A DNA stretch of 64,000 nt from Schmidtea nova (taxonomy: Eukaryota): positions 393,452,001 to 393,516,000 of the forward strand of contig CM097882.1 in assembly GCA_044892505.1 (NCBI GenBank). The letters run 5' to 3'. A program made the position numbers and the translations under genes. Shown piece by piece: positions 57,201 through 64,000 of this stretch (within the stretch, counting starts at the first letter, position 1; the number at the start of each line of letters is the position of its first letter). The notes below the pieces were generated by a model. That model searched no databases. It worked only from the letters and a program-made list of their open reading frames with translations, and was not told the DNA's origin.

Positions 57201-60200
57201 TTGGGTCGTTCCGAGTTTTTCACTTGATTCTGTAGGTTGTAAAGTGTTGTCGACAGTTACTTTGATATCAGATGGTGGAATTGTCTATAGAAATATAGTG
57301 AGGTTATTATTCATATTAATCATTTTAGTTTATGTTACATTTTTGTCTGTCATTCCATCTTTAACGAGACAAGGTATTGGACTTGTAGTCGTTGTTGTTG
57401 GTGCTGTTGTTAGTGTTGGTGTTGTTGTTGCTGATGTTGTGGTGGCAGATGTCGTTGTTATCGATGGTGTAGTAGTAACTTCTTTTGGAGTGAAGCAACC
57501 AATAACTTCTATGCTGATAGCTATTGTTGGATTTGTTTCATTTCTGAAACCATATTGTGATTATGTGGTTTAATTAATGAAATTTTAAAATTATGGATAT
57601 AAAAAGAGTTGTTTGACTCATTCCATATTAGTTGCAATATAACAAAACTTACAAATTCGGAATTGTTGTAATGACGATTTCAATTTTGTCGATTTCAGTT
57701 CCTGGCTTTACTGTTGGTGAAGTCATTTTGTCCAATAACTTTGGAGACTCTTCTAAATCTCTACCCGTGAAAACTTGAGTCGATTTATCGCCATTATCCA
57801 ATGTGACTGTCAAAACTACGACTTGAACATTTTCAGGCTTGTCAATGACAACATTGATCTCATTAACTGCAGGTGACTGTGTTTCTACATAAAATTTGGT
57901 TATAGAATACATGTTCCTAACAAGATGATATTAGAATTTACCTTTTTTTGTTGGATTAATTTCGAATACGACTTGTGAACCCGTAACTGGTAAACCTTGG
58001 GTTGTTCCGAGTTTTTCACTTGATTCTGTAGGTTGTAAAGTGTTGTCAACAGTTACTTTGATATCAGATGGTGGAATTGTCTATAGAAATATAGTGAGGT
58101 TATTATTCATATTAATCATTTTAGTTTATGTTACATTTTTGTCTGTCATTCCATCTTTAACGAGACAAGGTATTGGACTTGTAGTCGTTGTTGTTGGTGC
58201 TGTTGTTAGTGTTGGTGTTGTTGTTGCTGATGTTGTGGTGGCAGATGTCGTTGTTATCGATGGTGTAGTAGTAACTTCTTTTGGAGTGAAGCAACCAATA
58301 ACTTCTATGCTGATAGCTATTGTTGGATTTGTTTCATTTCTGAAACCATATTGTGATTATGTGGTTTAATTAATGAAATTTTAAAATTATGGATATAAAA
58401 AGAGTTGTTTGACTCATTCCATATTAGTTGCAATATAACAAAACTTACAAATTCGGAATTGTTGTAATGACGATTTCAATTTTGTCGATTTCAGTTCCTG
58501 GCTTTACTGTTGGTGAAGTCATTTTGTCCAATAACTTTGGAGACTCTTCTAAATCTCTACCCGTGAAAACTTGAGTCGATTTATCGCCATTATCCAATGT
58601 GACTGTCAAAACTACGACTTGAACATTTTCAGGCTTGTCAATGACAACATTGATCTCATTAACTGCAGGTGACTGTGTTTCTACATAAAATTTGGTTATA
58701 GAATACATGTTCCTAACAAGATGATATTAGAATTTACCTTTTTTTGTTGGATTAATTTCGAATACGACTTGTGAACCCGTAACTGGTAAACCTTGGGTTG
58801 TTCCGAGTTTTTCACTTGATTCTGTAGGTTGTAAAGTGTTGTCAACAGTTACTTTGATATCAGATGGTGGAATTGTCTATAGAAATATAGTGAGGTTATT
58901 ATTCATATTAATCATTTTAGTTTATGTTACATTTTTGTCTGTCATTCCATCTTTAACGAGACAAGGTATTGGACTTGTAGTCGTTGTTGTTGGTGCTGTT
59001 GTTAGTGTTGGTGTTGTTGTTGCTGATGTTGTGGTGGCAGATGTCGTTGTTATCGATGGTGTAGTAGTAACTTCTTTTGGAGTGAAGCAACCAATAACTT
59101 CTATGCTGATAGCTATTGTTGGATTTGTTTCATTTCTGAAACCATATTGTGATTATGTGGTTTAATTAATGAAATTTTAAAATTATGGATATAAAAAGAG
59201 TTGTTTGACTCATTCCATATTAGTTGCAATATAACAAAACTTACAAATTCGGAATTGTTGTAATGACGATTTCAATTTTGTCGATTTCAGTTCCTGGCTT
59301 TACTGTTGGTGAAGTCATTTTGTCCAATAACTTTGGAGACTCTTCTAAATCTCTACCCGTGAAAACTTGAGTCGATTTATCGCCATTATCCAATGTGACT
59401 GTCAAAACTACGACTTGAACATTTTCAGGCTTGTCAATGACAACATTGATCTCATTAACTGCAGGTGACTGTGTTTCTACATAAAATTTGGTTATAGAAT
59501 ACATGTTCCTAACAAGATGATATTAGAATTTACCTTTTTTTGTTGGATTAATTTCGAATACGACTTGTGAACCCGTAACTGGTAAACCTTGGGTCGTTCC
59601 GAGTTTTTCACTTGATTCTGTAGGTTGTAAAGTGTTGTCGACAGTTACTTTGATATCAGATGGTGGAATTGTCTATAGAAATATAGTGAGGTTATTATTC
59701 ATATTAATCATTTTAGTTTATGTTACATTTTTGTCTGTCATTCCATCTTTAACGAGACAAGGTATTGGACTTGTAGTCGTTGTTGTTGGTGCTGTTGTTA
59801 GTGTTGGTGTTGTTGTTGCTGATGTTGTGGTGGCAGATGTCGTTGTTATCGATGGTGTAGTAGTAACTTCTTTTGGAGTGAAGCAACCAATAACTTCTAT
59901 GCTGATAGCTATTGTTGGATTTGTTTCATTTCTGAAACCATATTGTGATTATGTGGTTTAATTAATGAAATTTTAAAATTATGGATATAAAAAGAGTTGT
60001 TTGACTCATTCCATATTAGTTGCAATATAACAAAACTTACAAATTCGGAATTGTTGTAATGACGATTTCAATTTTGTCGATTTCAGTTCCTGGCTTTACT
60101 GTTGGTGAAGTCATTTTGTCCAATAACTTTGGAGACTCTTCTAAATCTCTACCCGTGAAAACTTGAGTCGATTTATCGCCATTATCCAATGTGACTGTCA

Positions 60201-63200
60201 AAACTACGACTTGAACATTTTCAGGCTTGTCAATGACAACATTGATCTCATTAACTGCAGGTGACTGTGTTTCTACATAAAATTTGGTTATAGAATACAT
60301 GTTCCTAACAAGATGATATTAGAATTTACCTTTTTTTGTTGGATTAATTTCGAATACGACTTGTGAACCCGTAACTGGTAAACCTTGGGTTGTTCCGAGT
60401 TTTTCACTTGATTCTGTAGGTTGTAAAGTGTTGTCAACAGTTACTTTGATATCAGATGGTGGAATTGTCTATAGAAATATAGTGAGGTTATTATTCATAT
60501 TAATCATTTTAGTTTATGTTACATTTTTGTCTGTCATTCCATCTTTAACGAGACAAGGTATTGGACTTGTAGTCGTTGTTGTTGGTGCTGTTGTTAGTGT
60601 TGGTGTTGTTGTTGCTGATGTTGTGGTGGCAGATGTCGTTGTTATCGATGGTGTAGTAGTAACTTCTTTTGGAGTGAAGCAACCAATAACTTCTATGCTG
60701 ATAGCTATTGTTGGATTTGTTTCATTTCTGAAACCATATTGTGATTATGTGGTTTAATTAATGAAATTTTAAAATTATGGATATAAAAAGAGTTGTTTGA
60801 CTCATTCCATATTAGTTGCAATATAACAAAACTTACAAATTCGGAATTGTTGTAATGACGATTTCAATTTTGTCGATTTCAGTTCCTGGCTTTACTGTTG
60901 GTGAAGTCATTTTGTCCAATAACTTTGGAGACTCTTCTAAATCTCTACCCGTGAAAACTTGAGTCGATTTATCGCCATTATCCAATGTGACTGTCAAAAC
61001 TACGACTTGAACATTTTCAGGCTTGTCAATGACAACATTGATCTCATTAACTGCAGGTGACTGTGTTTCTACATAAAATTTGGTTATAGAATACATGTTC
61101 CTAACAAGATGATATTAGAATTTACCTTTTTTTGTTGGATTAATTTCGAATACGACTTGTGAACCCGTAACTGGTAAACCTTGGGTTGTTCCGAGTTTTT
61201 CACTTGATTCTGTAGGTTGTAAAGTGTTGTCAACAGTTACTTTGATATCAGATGGTGGAATTGTCTATAGAAATATAGTGAGGTTATTATTCATATTAAT
61301 CATTTTAGTTTATGTTACATTTTTGTCTGTCATTCCATCTTTAACGAGACAAGGTATTGGACTTGTAGTCGTTGTTGTTGGTGCTGTTGTTAGTGTTGGT
61401 GTTGTTGTTGCTGATGTTGTGGTGGCAGATGTCGTTGTTATCGATGGTGTAGTAGTAACTTCTTTTGGAGTGAAGCAACCAATAACTTCTATGCTGATAG
61501 CTATTGTTGGATTTGTTTCATTTCTGAAACCATATTGTGATTATGTGGTTTAATTAATGAAATTTTAAAATTATGGATATAAAAAGAGTTGTTTGACTCA
61601 TTCCATATTAGTTGCAATATAACAAAACTTACAAATTCGGAATTGTTGTAATGACGATTTCAATTTTGTCGATTTCAGTTCCTGGCTTTACTGTTGGTGA
61701 AGTCATTTTGTCCAATAACTTTGGAGACTCTTCTAAATCTCTACCCGTGAAAACTTGAGTCGATTTATCGCCATTATCCAATGTGACTGTCAAAACTACG
61801 ACTTGAACATTTTCAGGCTTGTCAATGACAACATTGATCTCATTAACTGCAGGTGACTGTGTTTCTACATAAAATTTGGTTATAGAATACATGTTCCTAA
61901 CAAGATGATATTAGAATTTACCTTTTTTTGTTGGATTAATTTCGAATACGACTTGTGAACCCGTAACTGGTAAACCTTGGGTCGTTCCGAGTTTTTCACT
62001 TGATTCTGTAGGTTGTAAAGTGTTGTCGACAGTTACTTTGATATCAGATGGTGGAATTGTCTATAGAAATATAGTGAGGTTATTATTCATATTAATCATT
62101 TTAGTTTATGTTACATTTTTGTCTGTCATTCCATCTTTAACGAGACAAGGTATTGGACTTGTAGTCGTTGTTGTTGGTGCTGTTGTTAGTGTTGGTGTTG
62201 TTGTTGCTGATGTTGTGGTGGCAGATGTCGTTGTTATCGATGGTGTAGTAGTAACTTCTTTTGGAGTGAAGCAACCAATAACTTCTATGCTGATAGCTAT
62301 TGTTGGATTTGTTTCATTTCTGAAACCATATTGTGATTATGTGGTTTAATTAATGAAATTTTAAAATTATGGATATAAAAAGAGTTGTTTGACTCATTCC
62401 ATATTAGTTGCAATATAACAAAACTTACAAATTCGGAATTGTTGTAATGACGATTTCAATTTTGTCGATTTCAGTTCCTGGCTTTACTGTTGGTGAAGTC
62501 ATTTTGTCCAATAACTTTGGAGACTCTTCTAAATCTCTACCCGTGAAAACTTGAGTCGATTTATCGCCATTATCCAATGTGACTGTCAAAACTACGACTT
62601 GAACATTTTCAGGCTTGTCAATGACAACATTGATCTCATTAACTGCAGGTGACTGTGTTTCTACATAAAATTTGGTTATAGAATACATGTTCCTAACAAG
62701 ATGATATTAGAATTTACCTTTTTTTGTTGGATTAATTTCGAATACGACTTGTGAACCCGTAACTGGTAAACCTTGGGTTGTTCCGAGTTTTTCACTTGAT
62801 TCTGTAGGTTGTAAAGTGTTGTCAACAGTTACTTTGATATCAGATGGTGGAATTGTCTATAGAAATATAGTGAGGTTATTATTCATATTAATCATTTTAG
62901 TTTATGTTACATTTTTGTCTGTCATTCCATCTTTAACGAGACAAGGTATTGGACTTGTAGTCGTTGTTGTTGGTGCTGTTGTTAGTGTTGGTGTTGTTGT
63001 TGCTGATGTTGTGGTGGCAGATGTCGTTGTTATCGATGGTGTAGTAGTAACTTCTTTTGGAGTGAAGCAACCAATAACTTCTATGCTGATAGCTATTGTT
63101 GGATTTGTTTCATTTCTGAAACCATATTGTGATTATGTGGTTTAATTAATGAAATTTTAAAATTATGGATATAAAAAGAATTGTTTGACTCATTCCATAT

Positions 63201-63911
63201 TAGTTGCAATATAACAAAACTTACAAATTCGGAATTGTTGTAATGACGATTTCAATTTTGTCGATTTCAGTTCCTGGCTTTACTGTTGGTGAAGTCATTT
63301 TGTCCAATAACTTTGGAGACTCTTCTAAATCTCTACCCGTGAAAACTTGAGTCGATTTATCGCCATTATCCAATGTGACTGTCAAAACTACGACTTGAAC
63401 ATTTTCAGGCTTGTCAATGACAACATTGATCTCATTAACTGCAGGTGACTGTGTTTCTACATAAAATTTGGTTATAGAATACATGTTCCTAACAAGATGA
63501 TATTAGAATTTACCTTTTTTTGTTGGATTAATTTCGAATACGACTTGTGAACCCGTAACTGGTAAACCTTGGGTCGTTCCGAGTTTTTCACTTGATTCTG
63601 TAGGTTGTAAAGTGTTGTCAACAGTTACTTTGATATCAGATGGTGGAATTGTCTATAGAAATATAGTGAGGTTATTATTCATATTAATCATTTTAGTTTA
63701 TGTTACATTTTTGTCTGTCATTCCATCTTTAACGAGACAAGGTATTGGACTTGTAGTCGTTGTTGTTGGTGCTGTTGTTAGTGTTGGTGTTGTTGTTGCT
63801 GATGTTGTGGTGGCAGATGTCGTTGTTATCGATGGTGTAGTAGTAACTTCTTTTGGAGTGAAGCAACCAATAACTTCTATGCTGATAGCTATTGTTGGAT
63901 TTGTTTCATTT
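3043..63911 (-). CDS. Giant multi-exon gel-forming-mucin / SCO-spondin-like secreted protein (3' part; 5' end beyond window), about 13,800 aa in window
   Basis: GT-AG exons were traced manually with compatible phases from 63911 to the stop at 3043, except across the N gap. Content: PTS repeats, a 151-aa two-Cys domain x39, LDLa-like, TSP1, TIL, VWC-like modules and a cystine knot. Summed exon length is about 41.4 kb including the 275 N. Confidence 0.85.
3328..3666 (-). CDS. Exon: VWC-like module end and first half of cystine knot
   Basis: Acceptor tttttttcag at 3667-3668; donor GTATGG at 3327; phases 0/0. Reads NGQTKKDTNSCQLYLC...HCCY...CKVNT...TICGGGC (CxGxC knot motif). Confidence 0.85.
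4335..5029 (-). CDS. Exon(s) spanning the N gap: VWC end, TSP1, TIL, VWC start
   Basis: Acceptor tctttag at 5030-5031, phase 2: (C)TCRQGKWIC...DCQWSDWKIVSPCNVTCGKGVQILERT. After the gap: CEQTCDD...CEEGCRCQPGFVRNINNTCVPSSEC. Donor CAG/GTTAGT at 4334. Internal structure is unknown across the Ns. Confidence 0.7.
4577..4851. other. Assembly gap (275 N) inside coding region
   Basis: Run of N from 4577 to 4851. Confidence 1.
5085..5349 (-). CDS. Exon: TIL domain plus VWC-like start
   Basis: Acceptor ttgcatag; donor TG/GTAAAA; phases 1/2. Reads CVAPKQLLSCVNPCEQRCGDLSKRCTNIDCIESCACPDNMLEQDGQCVSKSEC. Confidence 0.88.
5415..5600 (-). CDS. Exon: atypical TSP1-like module
   Basis: Acceptor ttaatcag; donor A/GTAAAA; phases 1/1. 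Reads DCKVLTYETSEC...CDTSCGHGMVTKT...GGKNCEVVYEPCYLGNC. Confidence 0.82.
5653..5830 (-). CDS. Exon: TSP1-like module
   Basis: Acceptor acaag; donor G/GTAGAG; phases 0/1. Reads VNCVMGQWINETTCNAQCC...ITQVRD...CETNRTIPCQMECP. Confidence 0.82.
5881..6041 (-). CDS. Exon: TSP1 repeat
   Basis: Acceptor caataag; donor CAA/GTATAA; phases 1/0. Reads ATWNEWSAWSICSGNCPNGTRSRDRIC...CVGPRIETEPC. Confidence 0.88.
6092..6150 (-). CDS. Small exon (59 nt), end of VWC-like module
   Basis: Acceptor caatctag; donor A/GTAATA; phases 2/1, matching both neighbours. Reads (C)FCNFTGQRECQPSNEDNKP. Confidence 0.78.
6278..6574 (-). CDS. Exon: Cys module end, TSP1 repeat, VWC-like start
   Basis: Acceptor tttttag; donor TG/GTGAGT; phases 2/2. 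Reads ETGVCENGQAVC...CSWNQWQDWSPCNKVCGASNQTRIR...GQSCIGTDSDVKPC. The listed ORF 6366-6584 is the wrong frame. Confidence 0.88.
7168..7421 (+). mobile_element. Probable Helitron 3'-end relic (helicase C-terminus fragment plus CTAG end) within an intron
   Basis: 7168-7284 translates to SRVASQVKVLIESNPQQGNLLNDQRQFTRNVVFQDVLQ*, resembling the Helitron RepHel C-terminus (SRV...VKV...QG.L....FT.NVV..E/D.L*). A GC-rich cgggcgcCTAG followed by T lies at 7411-7422. Confidence 0.55.
7910..8126 (-). CDS. Exon: TIL domain
   Basis: Acceptor cttaag; donor TG/GTTAGT; phases 1/2. Reads CSGNKIQIACHNVTCPRTCDD...CITGCFCKPGYVEDMLGNCVLSDTC. Confidence 0.88.
8177..8512 (-). CDS. Exon: two TSP1 repeats
   Basis: Acceptor tttcttag; donor A/GTACGT; phases 1/1. 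Reads DCQWSRWSEWSECSGGC...KIRSR and CEWSPWSHWTECSQNCGGGTTNKTR. Confidence 0.9.
9480..10315 (-). CDS. Exon: end of last two-Cys domain, 2 PTS repeats, TSP1, VWC-like module
   Basis: Acceptor atatttag at 10316-10317, phase 2; donor A/GTAAGT at 9479. Reads DLTKPTISFGLEVIGC...CSEWSDWSLCNVSCGNGFTVRSRNC...CAKCLCKIGNLEC. Confidence 0.9.
10997..12320 (-). CDS. Array-1 unit: exons 11474-12320 (4 PTS repeats), 11288-11426, 10997-11228
   Basis: GT-AG introns of 47, 59 and 681 bp; phases 0, 1, 2. Encodes ...CKIENGMSDTN/KIPPSDITVT...NPTQK/GTQSPAVNEIN...ITTILSL. Confidence 0.9.
13002..14496 (-). CDS. Array-1 unit: exons 13479-14496 (5 repeats), 13293-13431, 13002-13233
   Basis: Same splice sites and phases as the 10997 unit; 349-aa ORF fragment. 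Confidence 0.88.
15178..17527 (-). CDS. Array-1 unit: exons 15655-17527 (10 repeats), 15469-15607, 15178-15409
   Basis: Same splice sites; 634-aa ORF fragment. Confidence 0.88.
18209..19874 (-). CDS. Array-1 unit: exons 18686-19874 (6 repeats), 18500-18638, 18209-18440
   Basis: Same splice sites; 406-aa ORF fragment. Confidence 0.88.
20556..22221 (-). CDS. Array-1 unit: exons 21033-22221 (6 repeats), 20847-20985, 20556-20787
   Basis: Same splice sites; 406-aa ORF fragment. Confidence 0.88.
22903..24910 (-). CDS. Array-1 unit: exons 23380-24910 (8 repeats), 23194-23332, 22903-23134
   Basis: Same splice sites; 520-aa ORF fragment. Confidence 0.88.
25592..28283 (-). CDS. Array-1 unit: exons 26069-28283 (12 repeats), 25883-26021, 25592-25823
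   Basis: Same splice sites; 748-aa ORF fragment. Confidence 0.88.
28965..30972 (-). CDS. Array-1 unit: exons 29442-30972 (8 repeats), 29256-29394, 28965-29196
   Basis: Same splice sites; 520-aa ORF fragment. Confidence 0.88.
31654..33661 (-). CDS. Array-1 unit: exons 32131-33661 (8 repeats), 31945-32083, 31654-31885
   Basis: Same splice sites; 520-aa ORF fragment. Confidence 0.88.
34343..35495 (-). CDS. Array-1 unit: exons 34820-35495 (3 repeats), 34634-34772, 34343-34574
   Basis: Same splice sites; 235-aa ORF fragment. Confidence 0.88.
36177..38013 (-). CDS. Array-1 unit: exons 36654-38013 (7 repeats), 36468-36606, 36177-36408
   Basis: Same splice sites; 463-aa ORF fragment. Confidence 0.88.
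38695..40702 (-). CDS. Array-1 unit: exons 39172-40702 (8 repeats), 38986-39124, 38695-38926
   Basis: Same splice sites; 520-aa ORF fragment. Confidence 0.88.
41384..42891 (-). CDS. First array-1 unit: exons 41861-42891 (unique Thr-rich lead plus 4 full repeats), 41675-41813, 41384-41615
   Basis: Acceptor aataaatag at 42892-42893, phase 1. Reads TETTESTTIITEVTENIATTKLTTTKRTTTKPSTP..., in frame with ORF 41849-42646. Confidence 0.85.
42935..43215 (-). CDS. Junction exon: end of array-2 domain, Thr-rich stretch, LDLa-like six-Cys module
   Basis: Acceptor ggtttcag, phase 2; donor G/GTAAAT, phase 1; 43-bp intron to the next exon. Reads NETNPTIAISIEVIGC...YCEIEETFCEDIMGNMICAKNCDNIAECKNPNLDEPLSCK. 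This exon is missing from the ORF track. Confidence 0.82.
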
Positions 63912-64000
63912 CTGAAACCATATTGTGATTATGTGGTTTAATTAATGAAATTTTAAAATTATGGATATAAAAAGAGTTGTTTGACTCATTCCATATTAGT
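43126..64000. repeat. Array 2: 26 tandem copies of a 796-bp three-exon/three-intron unit (continues past window end)
   Basis: ORF fragments recur at exactly 43321+796k (k=0..25). Only scattered substitutions and no indels were seen. Confidence 0.98.
43325..63911 (-). CDS. Array-2 exons: A 43807-44011 (205 nt), B 43614-43752 (139 nt), C 43325-43556 (232 nt), each +796k; 192 aa per unit
   Basis: Introns of 54 bp (GTAACA..TAG), 57 bp (GTAAAT..TAG) and 109 bp (GTAAGT..CAG); phases 0, 1, 2; 576 coding + 220 intronic = 796 bp. Unit: NETNPTIAISIEVIGCFTPKEVTTTPSITTTSATTTSATTTPTLTTAPTTTTTSPIPCLVKDGMTDKN/TIPPSDIKVTVDNTLQPTESSEKLGTTQGLPVTGSQVVFEINPTKK/ETQSPAVNEINVVIDKPENVQVVVLTVTLDNGDKSTQVFTGRDLEESPKLLDKMTSPTVKPGTEIDKIEIVITTIPNL. 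Confidence 0.9.

Noticed and set aside
43712-63941. Repeated plus-strand 109-aa Val-rich ORF MLSTVTLIS... (26 copies), superficially membrane-like
   Set aside because: Antisense of Thr codons (ACA/ACT read as GTT/GTA) gives the Val richness. It runs across a minus-strand intron.
9841-64000. CRISPR-like or non-coding satellite interpretation of the arrays
   Set aside because: There are no unique spacers or cas genes and the context is eukaryotic. Unit lengths preserve frame, and many variants are synonymous in the minus-strand frame.

Overview
This is AT-rich animal genomic DNA with short GT-AG introns (mostly 43-59 bp); the species cannot be determined. About 61 kb is the 3' part of one giant spliced minus-strand gene that I reconstructed by hand, with splice phases compatible throughout apart from one 275-N gap. 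It encodes a secreted gel-forming-mucin/SCO-spondin-like protein of about 13,800 aa within the window, and the 5' end lies beyond position 64000. N-to-C order: (i) 26 near-identical 796-bp three-exon units, each 192 aa (a 151-aa two-Cys domain resembling F5/8 type C/discoidin plus a 41-aa Thr-rich linker); (ii) one LDLa-like six-Cys module; (iii) 13 larger three-exon units carrying a paralogue of the same domain, separated by 2-12 copies of a 57-aa Ser/Thr/Pro repeat (171 bp; 91 full copies); (iv) about 8 TSP1, 3 TIL and several VWC-like modules; (v) a C-terminal cystine knot ending at the TGA at 3043. The introns are homogenised along with the exons. Other features are a stop-riddled, intronless TBP-fold pseudogene at 389-817 and a probable Helitron 3'-end relic in an intron at 7168-7421. 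Most ORFs in the supplied track are exon fragments or antisense shadows. Domain names come from motif recognition by eye, not database searches.
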